From: Parcubacteria group bacterium
Lineage (GTDB): Bacteria > Patescibacteriota > Minisyncoccia > UBA10092
DNA: 52,836 nucleotides
Direction of reading: 5' to 3'
Assembly (NCBI GenBank): GCA_016188835.1
Contig: JACPHB010000014.1
Coordinates: 1-52,836, forward strand
Shown: positions 38,441 through 46,498 of the stretch, piece after piece
Numbering within the stretch: position 1 is the stretch's first letter
Layout of the letters: every line of letters begins with the position of its first letter
Position numbers and translations under genes: made by a program
The notes under the pieces: generated by a model
What the model was told of the DNA's origin: nothing
The model's database searches: none
What the model saw: the letters and a program-made list of their open reading frames with translations, nothing else

Positions 38441-39802
38441 ATGTGGAGAAGGCGTTTAAAGATATTTTTACTGGTTATAAGCGATATTTTCATATTATAC
38501 GCCGCTTTAGGGCTTACTCTTTTTATCCGCTATTCTATTATAGAGAGAGACGCTTCAATGTTTTACAATTTCATTCCGCTTCATTTACTTCCTTTTACCA
38601 TAATATTTATTTTTTGGCTAATTGTTTTTTGGGCAGCCGGCCTCTATGATATAACAAAATTAAGAAACGAAGAAGTATTTTATAAAACTTTTTTAATCGC
38701 TTTCGGAATAAATGCCGCTATTGCCACTGCTTTTTTCTATTTCGTCCCAAGTTTCATAATCACGCCTAGAACAAATCTTTTTATTGATTTGGCGCTTACC
38801 TTGGCTTTGCTTTACTTCTCCCGCCACTATTTCAACCGCTGGGCGAGAGAATCGCTGCGGATTCATTTGGTATTTCTCGGTTCCAACAATGAGGTAGTAG
38901 AACTAAAAGAATTTTTGAATAAAAATCCCCAGCTTGGGCTTAGGGTTGACGGCGTTTTGGCGCCGGATAATTTTGGCGAACTTTCAAATCTTTGGAGCGT
39001 AAAAAGATTTTCGCTTATCGTATCCGCCAAAAAATTCGGCCAGGGGGAAAAGTTGGCCGGAGCTCTTTTTGAATACTTTAAAAAAGGCGTTACCGTAAGC
39101 GATTTAGACAAATTTTATGAAACCGTTACAAAGCGGGTTCCGATTTCGATAATAAAAGAGGTTTGGTTTTTAGAAAATATCTCGGAAATTGAACGGGGTT
39201 TTTATGAAACATTAAAAAAAGTTTTTGACGTATCACTTGGAATTATTTTTGCCGCCGCAACCGTTATTATCTTTCCAATTGTGGCCGCGGGCATTAAAAT
39301 TTTTGATCCCGGGCCGATTTTTTACCGACAGCAGCGAATAGGAAAAAACGGAAAAGTTTTCACCCTTGTAAAATTTCGTTCCCTGCCTATTCGGCAGGCA
39401 GGCCTGCCCGCCGAAAAAAATATTGATCACTTAATGAAAAAACCCGATGAAGAAATAATAATGCCATTCGGCCGGTTTTTGCGAAAAAGCCACTTAGATG
39501 AACTGCCTCAAGTTTGGAATATTTTAAGAAATGAAATGTCTTTTATCGGGCCGCGGCCGGAAAAACCGGAATTTGTAGAGCAACTGTCAGCGGAAATTCC
39601 ATTTTATGAAATGCGCCACTTGATAAAACCGGGAATTGCCGGCTGGGCTCAGCTTAATAATCCCAATGCCGGACCATCGATTAAAGAAACTCTGGAGAAA
39701 CTTCAATATGATTTGTATTACATAAAAAACCGCTCGATTTTTTTGGATTTATCCATTACTTTAAAAACAATAAGAATCCTGCTTTCCGGCGCCGGAAAAT
39801 AA
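38441..39802 (+). CDS. Polyprenyl glycosylphosphotransferase (WcaJ/WbaP-like)
   Basis: KKVFD, GPIFYRQ-RIG, KFRS, LDELPQ-WN, GPRPE, KPGIAGWAQ, YDLYY. Confidence 0.93.
   Translation: MWRRRLKIFLLVISDIFILYAALGLTLFIRYSIIERDASMFYNFIPLHLLPFTIIFIFWLIVFWAAGLYDITKLRNEEVFYKTFLIAFGINAAIATAFFYFVPSFIITPRTNLFIDLALTLALLYFSRHYFNRWARESLRIHLVFLGSNNEVVELKEFLNKNPQLGLRVDGVLAPDNFGELSNLWSVKRFSLIVSAKKFGQGEKLAGALFEYFKKGVTVSDLDKFYETVTKRVPISIIKEVWFLENISEIERGFYETLKKVFDVSLGIIFAAATVIIFPIVAAGIKIFDPGPIFYRQQRIGKNGKVFTLVKFRSLPIRQAGLPAEKNIDHLMKKPDEEIIMPFGRFLRKSHLDELPQVWNILRNEMSFIGPRPEKPEFVEQLSAEIPFYEMRHLIKPGIAGWAQLNNPNAGPSIKETLEKLQYDLYYIKNRSIFLDLSITLKTIRILLSGAGK
39382..39402. repeat. 21-bp in-frame palindrome
   Basis: cctgcct-attcggc-aggcagg followed by cctgcc. 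Confidence 0.8.
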
Positions 39803-39809
39803 ATTCATC

Positions 39810-42386
39810 TCACGCCCCGTGACACCTTTTATATTTCTTTCCGGAGCCGCAGGGGCAGGGGTCATTTCGGCTCGGCTCTTTCGCTGATATAGCTGATTTT
39901 AACGCTCCGAAATTTTGCTGTGCAAAATTTCGGGGCATGGAAACTTTAAAAATCGTCATCGCCACTCGCGCCTCAAAATCTTGCAGAAAATTTTTAAACA
40001 GCCGCTGGCTTTCATTTTTATACTCCACCAATGGATCACGCTGGCCGTATGCCCTAAGCCGCACACTATCGCGCAAATATTCCATGTCTTCCAAATGATT
40101 TGTCCAAAGATTATCCAAAATATTAAGCATTATCATTTTTTCAATCTGCCCCATTATTTCCGGCCCCCCAACTTCTTTTTCTTTAAGATTATAAAATTCT
40201 TCGGCTAAATTTTGATAATAATCAGTGATTTTTTGCCTATCACTGTTTACCATTAAAAATTCTTTATTTTCATCGTTAATCGGAATAATCGTTTTAAGAT
40301 TTTCAAAGATTTCTTCCTTGTCCCATTGTCTCCCATCGCTTTCCGCGGTATGAAAATTAATTATATTACCTATCTGATTTTTTATAACTTTAATTATTTC
40401 CTCCCGAAGCAGACCGGATAAAATATCGTGGCGTTTTTTATAAACCAGAATGCGGTGCTGATTCATCACGTCGTCATACTCTAAAACAAATTTTCTGGCA
40501 TCAAAATTAAAACCTTCAATCTTGGTTTGGGCCGATTCAAGGGCCTTAGAAATTAAACCAGCTTCAATCGGCTGATCTTCCGGTATATTAAGCGTTTCCA
40601 TTAGACCCTTAATCCGCGCGCCGCCGAAAACTTGAAGCAAATTATCTTCTAAAGACACAAAAAATTGCGATGAACCCGGGTCTCCCTGACGGCCACTGCG
40701 TCCTCGCAACTGATTATCAATTCGCCGCGCCTCATGCCGTTCTGTTCCTATAACGTGAAGACCGCCGAGTTCACAAACCCTTCGACTGTGCTCAGGGTCT
40801 TGAGGGTTCCCCCCCAAGATAATATCAACACCGCGGCCGGCCATGTTGGTAGCCACCGTAACCGCTCCAAACCGCCCGGCTTGAGCATGAATTGTCGCCT
40901 CCCTTTCGTGCTGTTTGGCATTTAGCACTTCATGTTTAATGCCTTCCCGCGAAAGCAGTTGAGAAATCTTTTCATTATTTTCAATAGAAATGGTACCGAT
41001 TAAAACCGGCTGGCCAATTTCATAACGCTTTTTAACTTCCGCGACAACGGCGTTTAATTTCGCTTTTTCGGTTTTATAAATCCGGTCTGACAAGTTTTTG
41101 CGAATCATCGGTTTATTGGTCGGCACAATAACAACTCCAAGTTGATAAACCTTGTGGAATTCTTCGGCCGAAGTGGCTGCCGTTCCCGTCATACCAGCTA
41201 ATTTATCATAGCCCCGGAAAAAATTTTGAAAAGTAATAGTGGCCAAAGTTTTTGACTCCTGTTGAACCTTAACGCCTTCCTTGGCTTCAATGGCCTGATG
41301 TAATCCTTCAGAATAACGGCGGCCTGCTAAAAGCCGGCCGGTAAATTCATCAACGATGATTATTTCTCCATCTTTTACGACATAGTCCTTGTCTTTATGA
41401 AATAAGGCTTGAGCTTTTAACGCGGTTTCAAGATGATGGACATAACGCGCTCCTTTTTCATCATAAATATTCCCGATTCCGAGTATATTTTCCACTTTAC
41501 TCAATCCCGCATCGGTGATTACGGCGGTTCGCATTTTTAAATCAACGTTGTAATCATCATTTTCTTTAAGGCGCGGCACGATGCGAGAAAAGGTCTCATA
41601 CAGCTTTGGCGATTCGGCATCGGGCATTGAAATAATTAAAGGCGTCCGCGCTTCATCAATTAAAATACTGTCAACCTCGTCAACAATCGCGAAGCTTCGT
41701 TTCGGACTTATTATTTGAGACATATCGCTAACAATGTTGTCGCGCAAATAATCAAAACCGAATTCGGTATTAGTGCCATAAACCACGTTACAACTATAAG
41801 CATCTTTTTTTGACGCCGGCCGCAAAAATTCATGAATTATTTTAAAACCTCCGGTTTCATCGCGGGCTTCGTCTTGTTTTTTCCCCGTATGCGCCAGATC
41901 ATATATATAGCTTCCGTCAGAATTAATACATCCGACACTCAAACCCAAAAAATCATATATTTGCCCCATCCATGCCGTATCGCGCCTTGCCAAATAATCA
42001 TTAACGGTAACAATATGAACGCTGTTTTTTAGGGCGTTTAAATACACGGGCAAAGTAGCAGTTAAAGTTTTGCCTTCGCCGGTTGCCATTTGAGCGATTT
42101 TCCCCTGGTGAAGCGCCAGGCCGCCGATAAGCTGGGCATCAAAATGCCGCTGTTTAAGCGTTCTTTTGGCTGTTTCCCTAACCGCGGCAAAGGCCTCGGG
42201 CAAAATATCATCAAGTGTTTCTTCCGATAATAGGCGTTTTTTAAAATCCTCGGTTTTGTTTTTTAATTCTTCGTCTGAAAGCTTAATAAACGCTTCTTCA
42301 AAAGCGTTTATTTTTTCAACAATCGGTTTTACGCCATTAAGATATTTCTGATTGGCATCCCCAAAAATTTTAGATAAAATACTCAT
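39810..42386 (-). CDS. secA: Protein translocase subunit SecA
   Basis: MATGEGKT, DEVDSILIDEARTPLIIS, ATNMAGRG, GRQGDPG, RNDPCPCGSGKKYKRCHG. Confidence 0.98.
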   Translation of the reverse strand: MSILSKIFGDANQKYLNGVKPIVEKINAFEEAFIKLSDEELKNKTEDFKKRLLSEETLDDILPEAFAAVRETAKRTLKQRHFDAQLIGGLALHQGKIAQMATGEGKTLTATLPVYLNALKNSVHIVTVNDYLARRDTAWMGQIYDFLGLSVGCINSDGSYIYDLAHTGKKQDEARDETGGFKIIHEFLRPASKKDAYSCNVVYGTNTEFGFDYLRDNIVSDMSQIISPKRSFAIVDEVDSILIDEARTPLIISMPDAESPKLYETFSRIVPRLKENDDYNVDLKMRTAVITDAGLSKVENILGIGNIYDEKGARYVHHLETALKAQALFHKDKDYVVKDGEIIIVDEFTGRLLAGRRYSEGLHQAIEAKEGVKVQQESKTLATITFQNFFRGYDKLAGMTGTAATSAEEFHKVYQLGVVIVPTNKPMIRKNLSDRIYKTEKAKLNAVVAEVKKRYEIGQPVLIGTISIENNEKISQLLSREGIKHEVLNAKQHEREATIHAQAGRFGAVTVATNMAGRGVDIILGGNPQDPEHSRRVCELGGLHVIGTERHEARRIDNQLRGRSGRQGDPGSSQFFVSLEDNLLQVFGGARIKGLMETLNIPEDQPIEAGLISKALESAQTKIEGFNFDARKFVLEYDDVMNQHRILVYKKRHDILSGLLREEIIKVIKNQIGNIINFHTAESDGRQWDKEEIFENLKTIIPINDENKEFLMVNSDRQKITDYYQNLAEEFYNLKEKEVGGPEIMGQIEKMIMLNILDNLWTNHLEDMEYLRDSVRLRAYGQRDPLVEYKNESQRLFKNFLQDFEARVAMTIFKVSMPRNFAQQNFGALKSAISAKEPSRNDPCPCGSGKKYKRCHGA
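39904..39936. repeat. In-frame palindrome in the SecA C-terminal linker
   Basis: ccgaaattttgc-tgt-gcaaaatttcgg; encodes PRNFAQQNFG. Confidence 0.85.
40777..40798. repeat. TGAGC-N-TCGAA REP-like element in secA
   Basis: Reverse complement accc-tgagcacagtcgaa-gggt; encodes DPEHSRRV. Confidence 0.75.
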
Positions 42387-42486
42387 TTTATGATCTTATA
42401 ATACGCCTAAATTTATCATTTGACAATTAAACTTTAGTTTAATTATAATGTAACTATTGTTTTGATTTTATCAAAAACAGGAGGTT

Positions 42487-42873
42487 TTGATGGAAATCTT
42501 CAAATTGACACAAGAAAACATTCATCCAAAAATTGTTGAGTTCTTTGAAAAAATAAAAAAGTGGCACGAAGAAAATGGTTATCGATATGGTGCTCAAACT
42601 ATTGATGATGTTTTAGAACAATGTATTGTAGTAGATACCGGAACTTTTATAATTCTTATACAAGATGGCGGAGAAAAATATCACGAGAATTGCGGAGTGG
42701 TTGTTTTTAATAAAAATGGCATCATAATTGATTCACGAATTTATTTCAATCCAATTGAAGGACAAAAAGTGCCCAAAAAAGCGTTTATCGGAATTCCCAT
42801 TATTGATGGCTCAAAAGTAATGAAATTTAAACCACACAGAAAGAAAGAAAAACAATTCCAACCTCCAATTTAA
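42487..42873 (+). CDS. Hypothetical protein (ORFan cassette)
   Basis: TTGACA/TATAAT promoter at 42420-42449, GGAGG RBS, terminator near 42887-42920. Confidence 0.7.
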   Translation: MMEIFKLTQENIHPKIVEFFEKIKKWHEENGYRYGAQTIDDVLEQCIVVDTGTFIILIQDGGEKYHENCGVVVFNKNGIIIDSRIYFNPIEGQKVPKKAFIGIPIIDGSKVMKFKPHRKKEKQFQPPI

Positions 42874-43048
42874 CTAAATTTTTTAAACCGCATGGATTTA
42901 CCCAGCGGTTTTTTTATTTTTCAACTTTCGGAAATCAGCAACGATCGTTGGAATATTCCGAAAAATACTTTTTTACTAAAAAGATTTTTATAAGGAATAT
43001 TAAAAATAAAAAAGAGCCAGTTTTTAATAACTGGCAAACTCATTTGGT

Positions 43049-43753
43049 TTAGCAAAACTCCGCAAGATCTGTGTAGGTGGTTTCTTTAACCACCCATCCG
43101 TCTTGCCGGAGTAATTTAACAATACCCTTGACGTGTTTTTCTCCGTAATGGATGAATATATTGCGTCCGTTGGAATTCGCTTTAACTTTGGCTACGGCCA
43201 CTTCATTGCGATAATCCAATATAATTGGTATGGCTTTTTTAAATAGAAACCAAGCAACAAATTTTTTTAAGGACCACTTATCGAAACTGTTCATTAGCGC
43301 ATTAAAGCCACCCCTATTAACAAACTCATCTTTAAATTTCTTCTCGAGTTCTTTCTTTGGCACAATGGTAAAGAGCCAAAGGAGAAAACTGCACCGGAAG
43401 CCGTTCTTATCGAGTTTCCTTGTGAACTCGGCAAAAGTAATATCAGCATTAATTGCATCTTTTGGATATGTAATCTTCTCTTTCTGAAACGAGATACCAA
43501 TAGCCGCTGCAAAAACCGGACATAAGTCAAAGAGAAATAAGAAGAACTTCTTTATCTTACTCTCATTGGCAGTGGCTGCCCTTTTGGGAGGGTCTTTTTT
43601 TACTCCCTCAAAGAAAATCTGATAATTGTTCTTTACTGCCCAATCAATGCCGCTCTGAAGCACTTCGTAGAGTTTATCCGGACCTATATGTATCATCCCT
43701 TGCAAGACAGCTTCTTGATTCCCTCGCCTAAGAACAGTTCGTGATAGACGCAA
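43049..43753 (-). CDS. Hypothetical protein, possibly TraB/Tiki-like fold
   Basis: GMIHIG, FFEGV, RNE, YGEKH pattern; GGAGG RBS before TTG. Confidence 0.55.
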   Translation of the reverse strand: MRLSRTVLRRGNQEAVLQGMIHIGPDKLYEVLQSGIDWAVKNNYQIFFEGVKKDPPKRAATANESKIKKFFLFLFDLCPVFAAAIGISFQKEKITYPKDAINADITFAEFTRKLDKNGFRCSFLLWLFTIVPKKELEKKFKDEFVNRGGFNALMNSFDKWSLKKFVAWFLFKKAIPIILDYRNEVAVAKVKANSNGRNIFIHYGEKHVKGIVKLLRQDGWVVKETTYTDLAEFC

Positions 43754-43893
43754 TTTAGGCCTCCTTGCCTTATGTTATGTTAAGAACTTCAAAATAAACA
43801 CAACTATGGCAATTATAACACATATTTAGTATTTAGTAAATAGCAACTTTTTAATACTAAATTATTATAAATAAAAAACCCCAATAATGGGGG

Positions 43894-44802
43894 TTAGGAA
43901 ATAATTTCTTTTATCAGTTTGACGCCGAGATCAACAGTGGGGTCGTAGCGCAGAATGCGCTTTCGCCACCAATTAAGCGGGCTTATTTCCACAATATCCG
44001 CGGCTCTTAAGTTTGGCAATCCAATTTTTAACTGTTTTACCAAACTAACAAGTTCCGTATCGGTGAAACCACCGGGACTGGGACAGCCGGTTCCCGGCGC
44101 GTAAGCGCCGGAAGCAACATCAATATCAATTGATAAATAAGTTGCCTCCAATTTCCGAAATTTTTCCAAAATGCGAATAACTGAAAAATCATTCATTGTA
44201 AATCCTCCGGGATCCTTGATGGCGCCCATGCGGTAATATTTGATGTTGAATTTATCCAAAAATTCTTTTTCAGATTTTTCCATCTGGCGTAATCCAAGAA
44301 TTAAAACGTTTTCAGGCAAAACGTACTCGTCTTCAATAAGCCAATGAAGCCAGTCGGAATGAATCGGCCAGTCGGCCTTAGAACAGCAATCCGGATGGGC
44401 GTCTAATACAACGAGTCCCGTTTGCTGCCGTCCAAATGTTTGCGATGTTCCAATATATGTTGAAGCGGTGATACTGTGAGAACCGCCCAAAAACAGAATG
44501 TTTGTGTCAAATCCCCAACCTTTCAAATATGATAAGATAGATTTATGCATCTTTCCCCAGCCGTCGGCACTATTTTGGTGTCCGAATCCAAAATCTATCT
44601 CATACCACGGGATATCATCCCAAGACGAAATACCGTTATCGGCCATAAAAACTCTCTGGCGCATAAATTCATTTTTAAGCGCTTGAGGCGCTTTTCTGGC
44701 ATTTTTGGGCTTTGCTATATTTAAAGAACAATATCCCCCGCCATATGGCACTTGGATCACGATCCAGTCCTGTTTAGCTATTTCTGCCTCCGTATTTAAC
44801 AA
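43894..44802 (-). CDS. Arginase/agmatinase (ureohydrolase) family protein
   Basis: GGSHS, LDAHPD, SIDIDV, APGTG-P-PGG, DIVEISP. Confidence 0.9.
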   Translation of the reverse strand: MLNTEAEIAKQDWIVIQVPYGGGYCSLNIAKPKNARKAPQALKNEFMRQRVFMADNGISSWDDIPWYEIDFGFGHQNSADGWGKMHKSILSYLKGWGFDTNILFLGGSHSITASTYIGTSQTFGRQQTGLVVLDAHPDCCSKADWPIHSDWLHWLIEDEYVLPENVLILGLRQMEKSEKEFLDKFNIKYYRMGAIKDPGGFTMNDFSVIRILEKFRKLEATYLSIDIDVASGAYAPGTGCPSPGGFTDTELVSLVKQLKIGLPNLRAADIVEISPLNWWRKRILRYDPTVDLGVKLIKEIIS

Positions 44803-44860
44803 TAATATCGGCGATTAGCAGATATTATAACAGGCAGTGAGGGAAAAAGCAAAATTTATT

Positions 44861-45217
44861 TTATTCGCCTTTTAAAAGTTTTTTTAGCGTTCGGGCGCCT
44901 TTTTTATAAAGCGATAAATTTTTTTCTTTGTTTATTTTTATTTCCTTTTGCAACTCACTTCTTATCGCGTCAATCGCTACCCGCAAATCCCACTTTTCGG
45001 CAACCGCTCTTATTAATCGTCCGGGAATTTTTAAATTGACTTCGGCTCTGAAAATATCGCCTTTTTGGTGATGGTTCGTTATTTTACCAAGTTCAACGTC
45101 GGCAGATATGCTTTCGTCGCCGGGCAAAAATTTATCCAAAGAATTCAGCTTTTGTTCAAGATAATTTTTAATACTCGGCGTTAAGCTAAAATTTTTTGTT
45201 TTTAAATTAATTTTCAT
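44861..45217 (-). CDS. raiA: Ribosome hibernation factor HPF/RaiA
   Basis: LTPSIKNYLEQKL, FRAEVNL..PG, DLRVAID. Confidence 0.9.
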   Translation of the reverse strand: MKINLKTKNFSLTPSIKNYLEQKLNSLDKFLPGDESISADVELGKITNHHQKGDIFRAEVNLKIPGRLIRAVAEKWDLRVAIDAIRSELQKEIKINKEKNLSLYKKGARTLKKLLKGE

Positions 45218-45220
45218 ATT

Positions 45221-45292
45221 GGTTCGACCCGTTCGATAAAACTCAGGGTCGCTCTGAACGGAGTTGAATGAGCGACTTAACTCACCACAAGT
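45221..45292. repeat. Nested cluster of three TGAGC-N-TCGAA REP-like units
   Basis: ggttcgac[ccgttcgataaaactcagggtc][gctctgaacggagttgaatgagcgac]ttaactcaccacaag. Confidence 0.75.
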
Positions 45293-45293
45293 A

Positions 45294-45388
45294 ATTCGGC
45301 TCTTAAAGGGACTCGGGAGTGGCTAACCCCAATTCAAATGTTTTTAAGTGGGTTGTCAGTAAACACCGAGCCCCTTTAAAAGTCGAAT
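45294..45388 (-). ncRNA. Candidate 95-nt rod-shaped RNA in the hpf leader
   Basis: Long imperfect inverted repeat just downstream of a TATAAT (45400-45405). Confidence 0.45.
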
Positions 45389-45422
45389 CTGCCAATTTGA
45401 TTATATAACACAATAACAATAT

Positions 45423-45500
45423 AAAAAAGCTCAAAGCCCCGTAAAACGGGGCTTTGCGCCAACATTGAATGGTCATCGCCTTTCGGCGAAATAACCCACT
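45423..45500 (-). ncRNA. Candidate ~75-nt sRNA/leader with GAAA-tetraloop hairpin and terminator
   Basis: TGGACA-17-TATACT promoter, tcgcc-GAAA-ggcga hairpin, caaagccccg/cggggctttg terminator and U-tract. Confidence 0.5.
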
Positions 45501-45545
45501 TATCCACAGTATAGCATATCTAAAAAATTTTGTCCACCTCCTATA

Positions 45546-46022
45546 CTAAAGCGAAATTATTTTCCAAAGGCCTTTTTGATTTTTTATAAGTTCCAGCGCC
45601 GCCGCGGTTTGGCCGGTCTCATCAATAATTTCAAAATAATAATGGGTTTCGTTCGAGGACTTGCCTAGCTTAATATTTTTTAAATCTTTTATTAAATCAC
45701 TTAATAAATTGGTAGTGTTAAGCCTTTCTAAATCTTCCGACACGACTTCCCTATTTTCCGGAATAAAATATTTTGCCGCCAAAGTTAAATCATTTTTTTC
45801 TAAGGCAAAAATTAATAATTTTAAAGTTTCTTGCGGCGTTTTACCGCCGAAATCAGAAAATCCGTCAGTAATATTTTTATTTATTGGGGCTTTAGCGGGA
45901 AGGTTGTTTTTATTGTTAATACTAATATTGGGACCGCTTAAAAACCACAATCCTAAAAATCCGATTGATAAAATGGATATTAAAACAATAACGCTTCTTA
46001 ATATACCTTTGGAGGAAGCCAT
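45546..46022 (-). CDS. Membrane-anchored hypothetical protein
   Basis: TM; GGKTPQETL..F..AL...D...AAKYF; WKI. Confidence 0.7.
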   Translation of the reverse strand: MASSKGILRSVIVLISILSIGFLGLWFLSGPNISINNKNNLPAKAPINKNITDGFSDFGGKTPQETLKLLIFALEKNDLTLAAKYFIPENREVVSEDLERLNTTNLLSDLIKDLKNIKLGKSSNETHYYFEIIDETGQTAAALELIKNQKGLWKIISL

Positions 46023-46489
46023 GAGCTTATTAAAATAAAAATTGTAATTAAAGCAATTCCGGCTACAATATCTTTTATTATAACTTTTTTGATTTTTATA
46101 CTAAAGGCGAATAAATTATCATTTGCCGGCTTTCCGAAATATTCTCTGTAAATATCCAGCGTTACCGCAAAAATCACCGAGAGTATTCCTCCTAAAATAT
46201 AAAAAGGAAACGGCATAAAAGAAATGCTCCAAATCAACTCGCTAAAACCTAAAACAAAAATAACAGAAATTACAAAAATTTGCTTTTTACTTTTTAATCC
46301 TATCAATTCTCCGGCTCGCCTGAAAGTTAAAAAATTTTGCCAAAACGTTAAAAAGATCAAAAAACTTAGAATCATTAGTCCGGAAAAAAAACCGATGGCT
46401 TGATATAAAATTAGATACAAAATAAAACTGGATGATAAAAATATAAAGACCGAAGAAATAATAAAAAAGGTTTGGGAGGAAATTTTCAT
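45998..46489 (-). CDS. Hypothetical membrane protein
   Basis: About 5 hydrophobic segments, in an operon. Confidence 0.7.
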   Translation of the reverse strand: MKISSQTFFIISSVFIFLSSSFILYLILYQAIGFFSGLMILSFLIFLTFWQNFLTFRRAGELIGLKSKKQIFVISVIFVLGFSELIWSISFMPFPFYILGGILSVIFAVTLDIYREYFGKPANDNLFAFSIKIKKVIIKDIVAGIALITIFILISSWLPPKVY

Positions 46490-46498
46490 TTGTAATTT

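Noticed and set aside
45294-45388. SRP RNA or canonical 6S RNA
   Set aside because: No SRP domain IV motif; too short and lacks the large central bubble of 6S.
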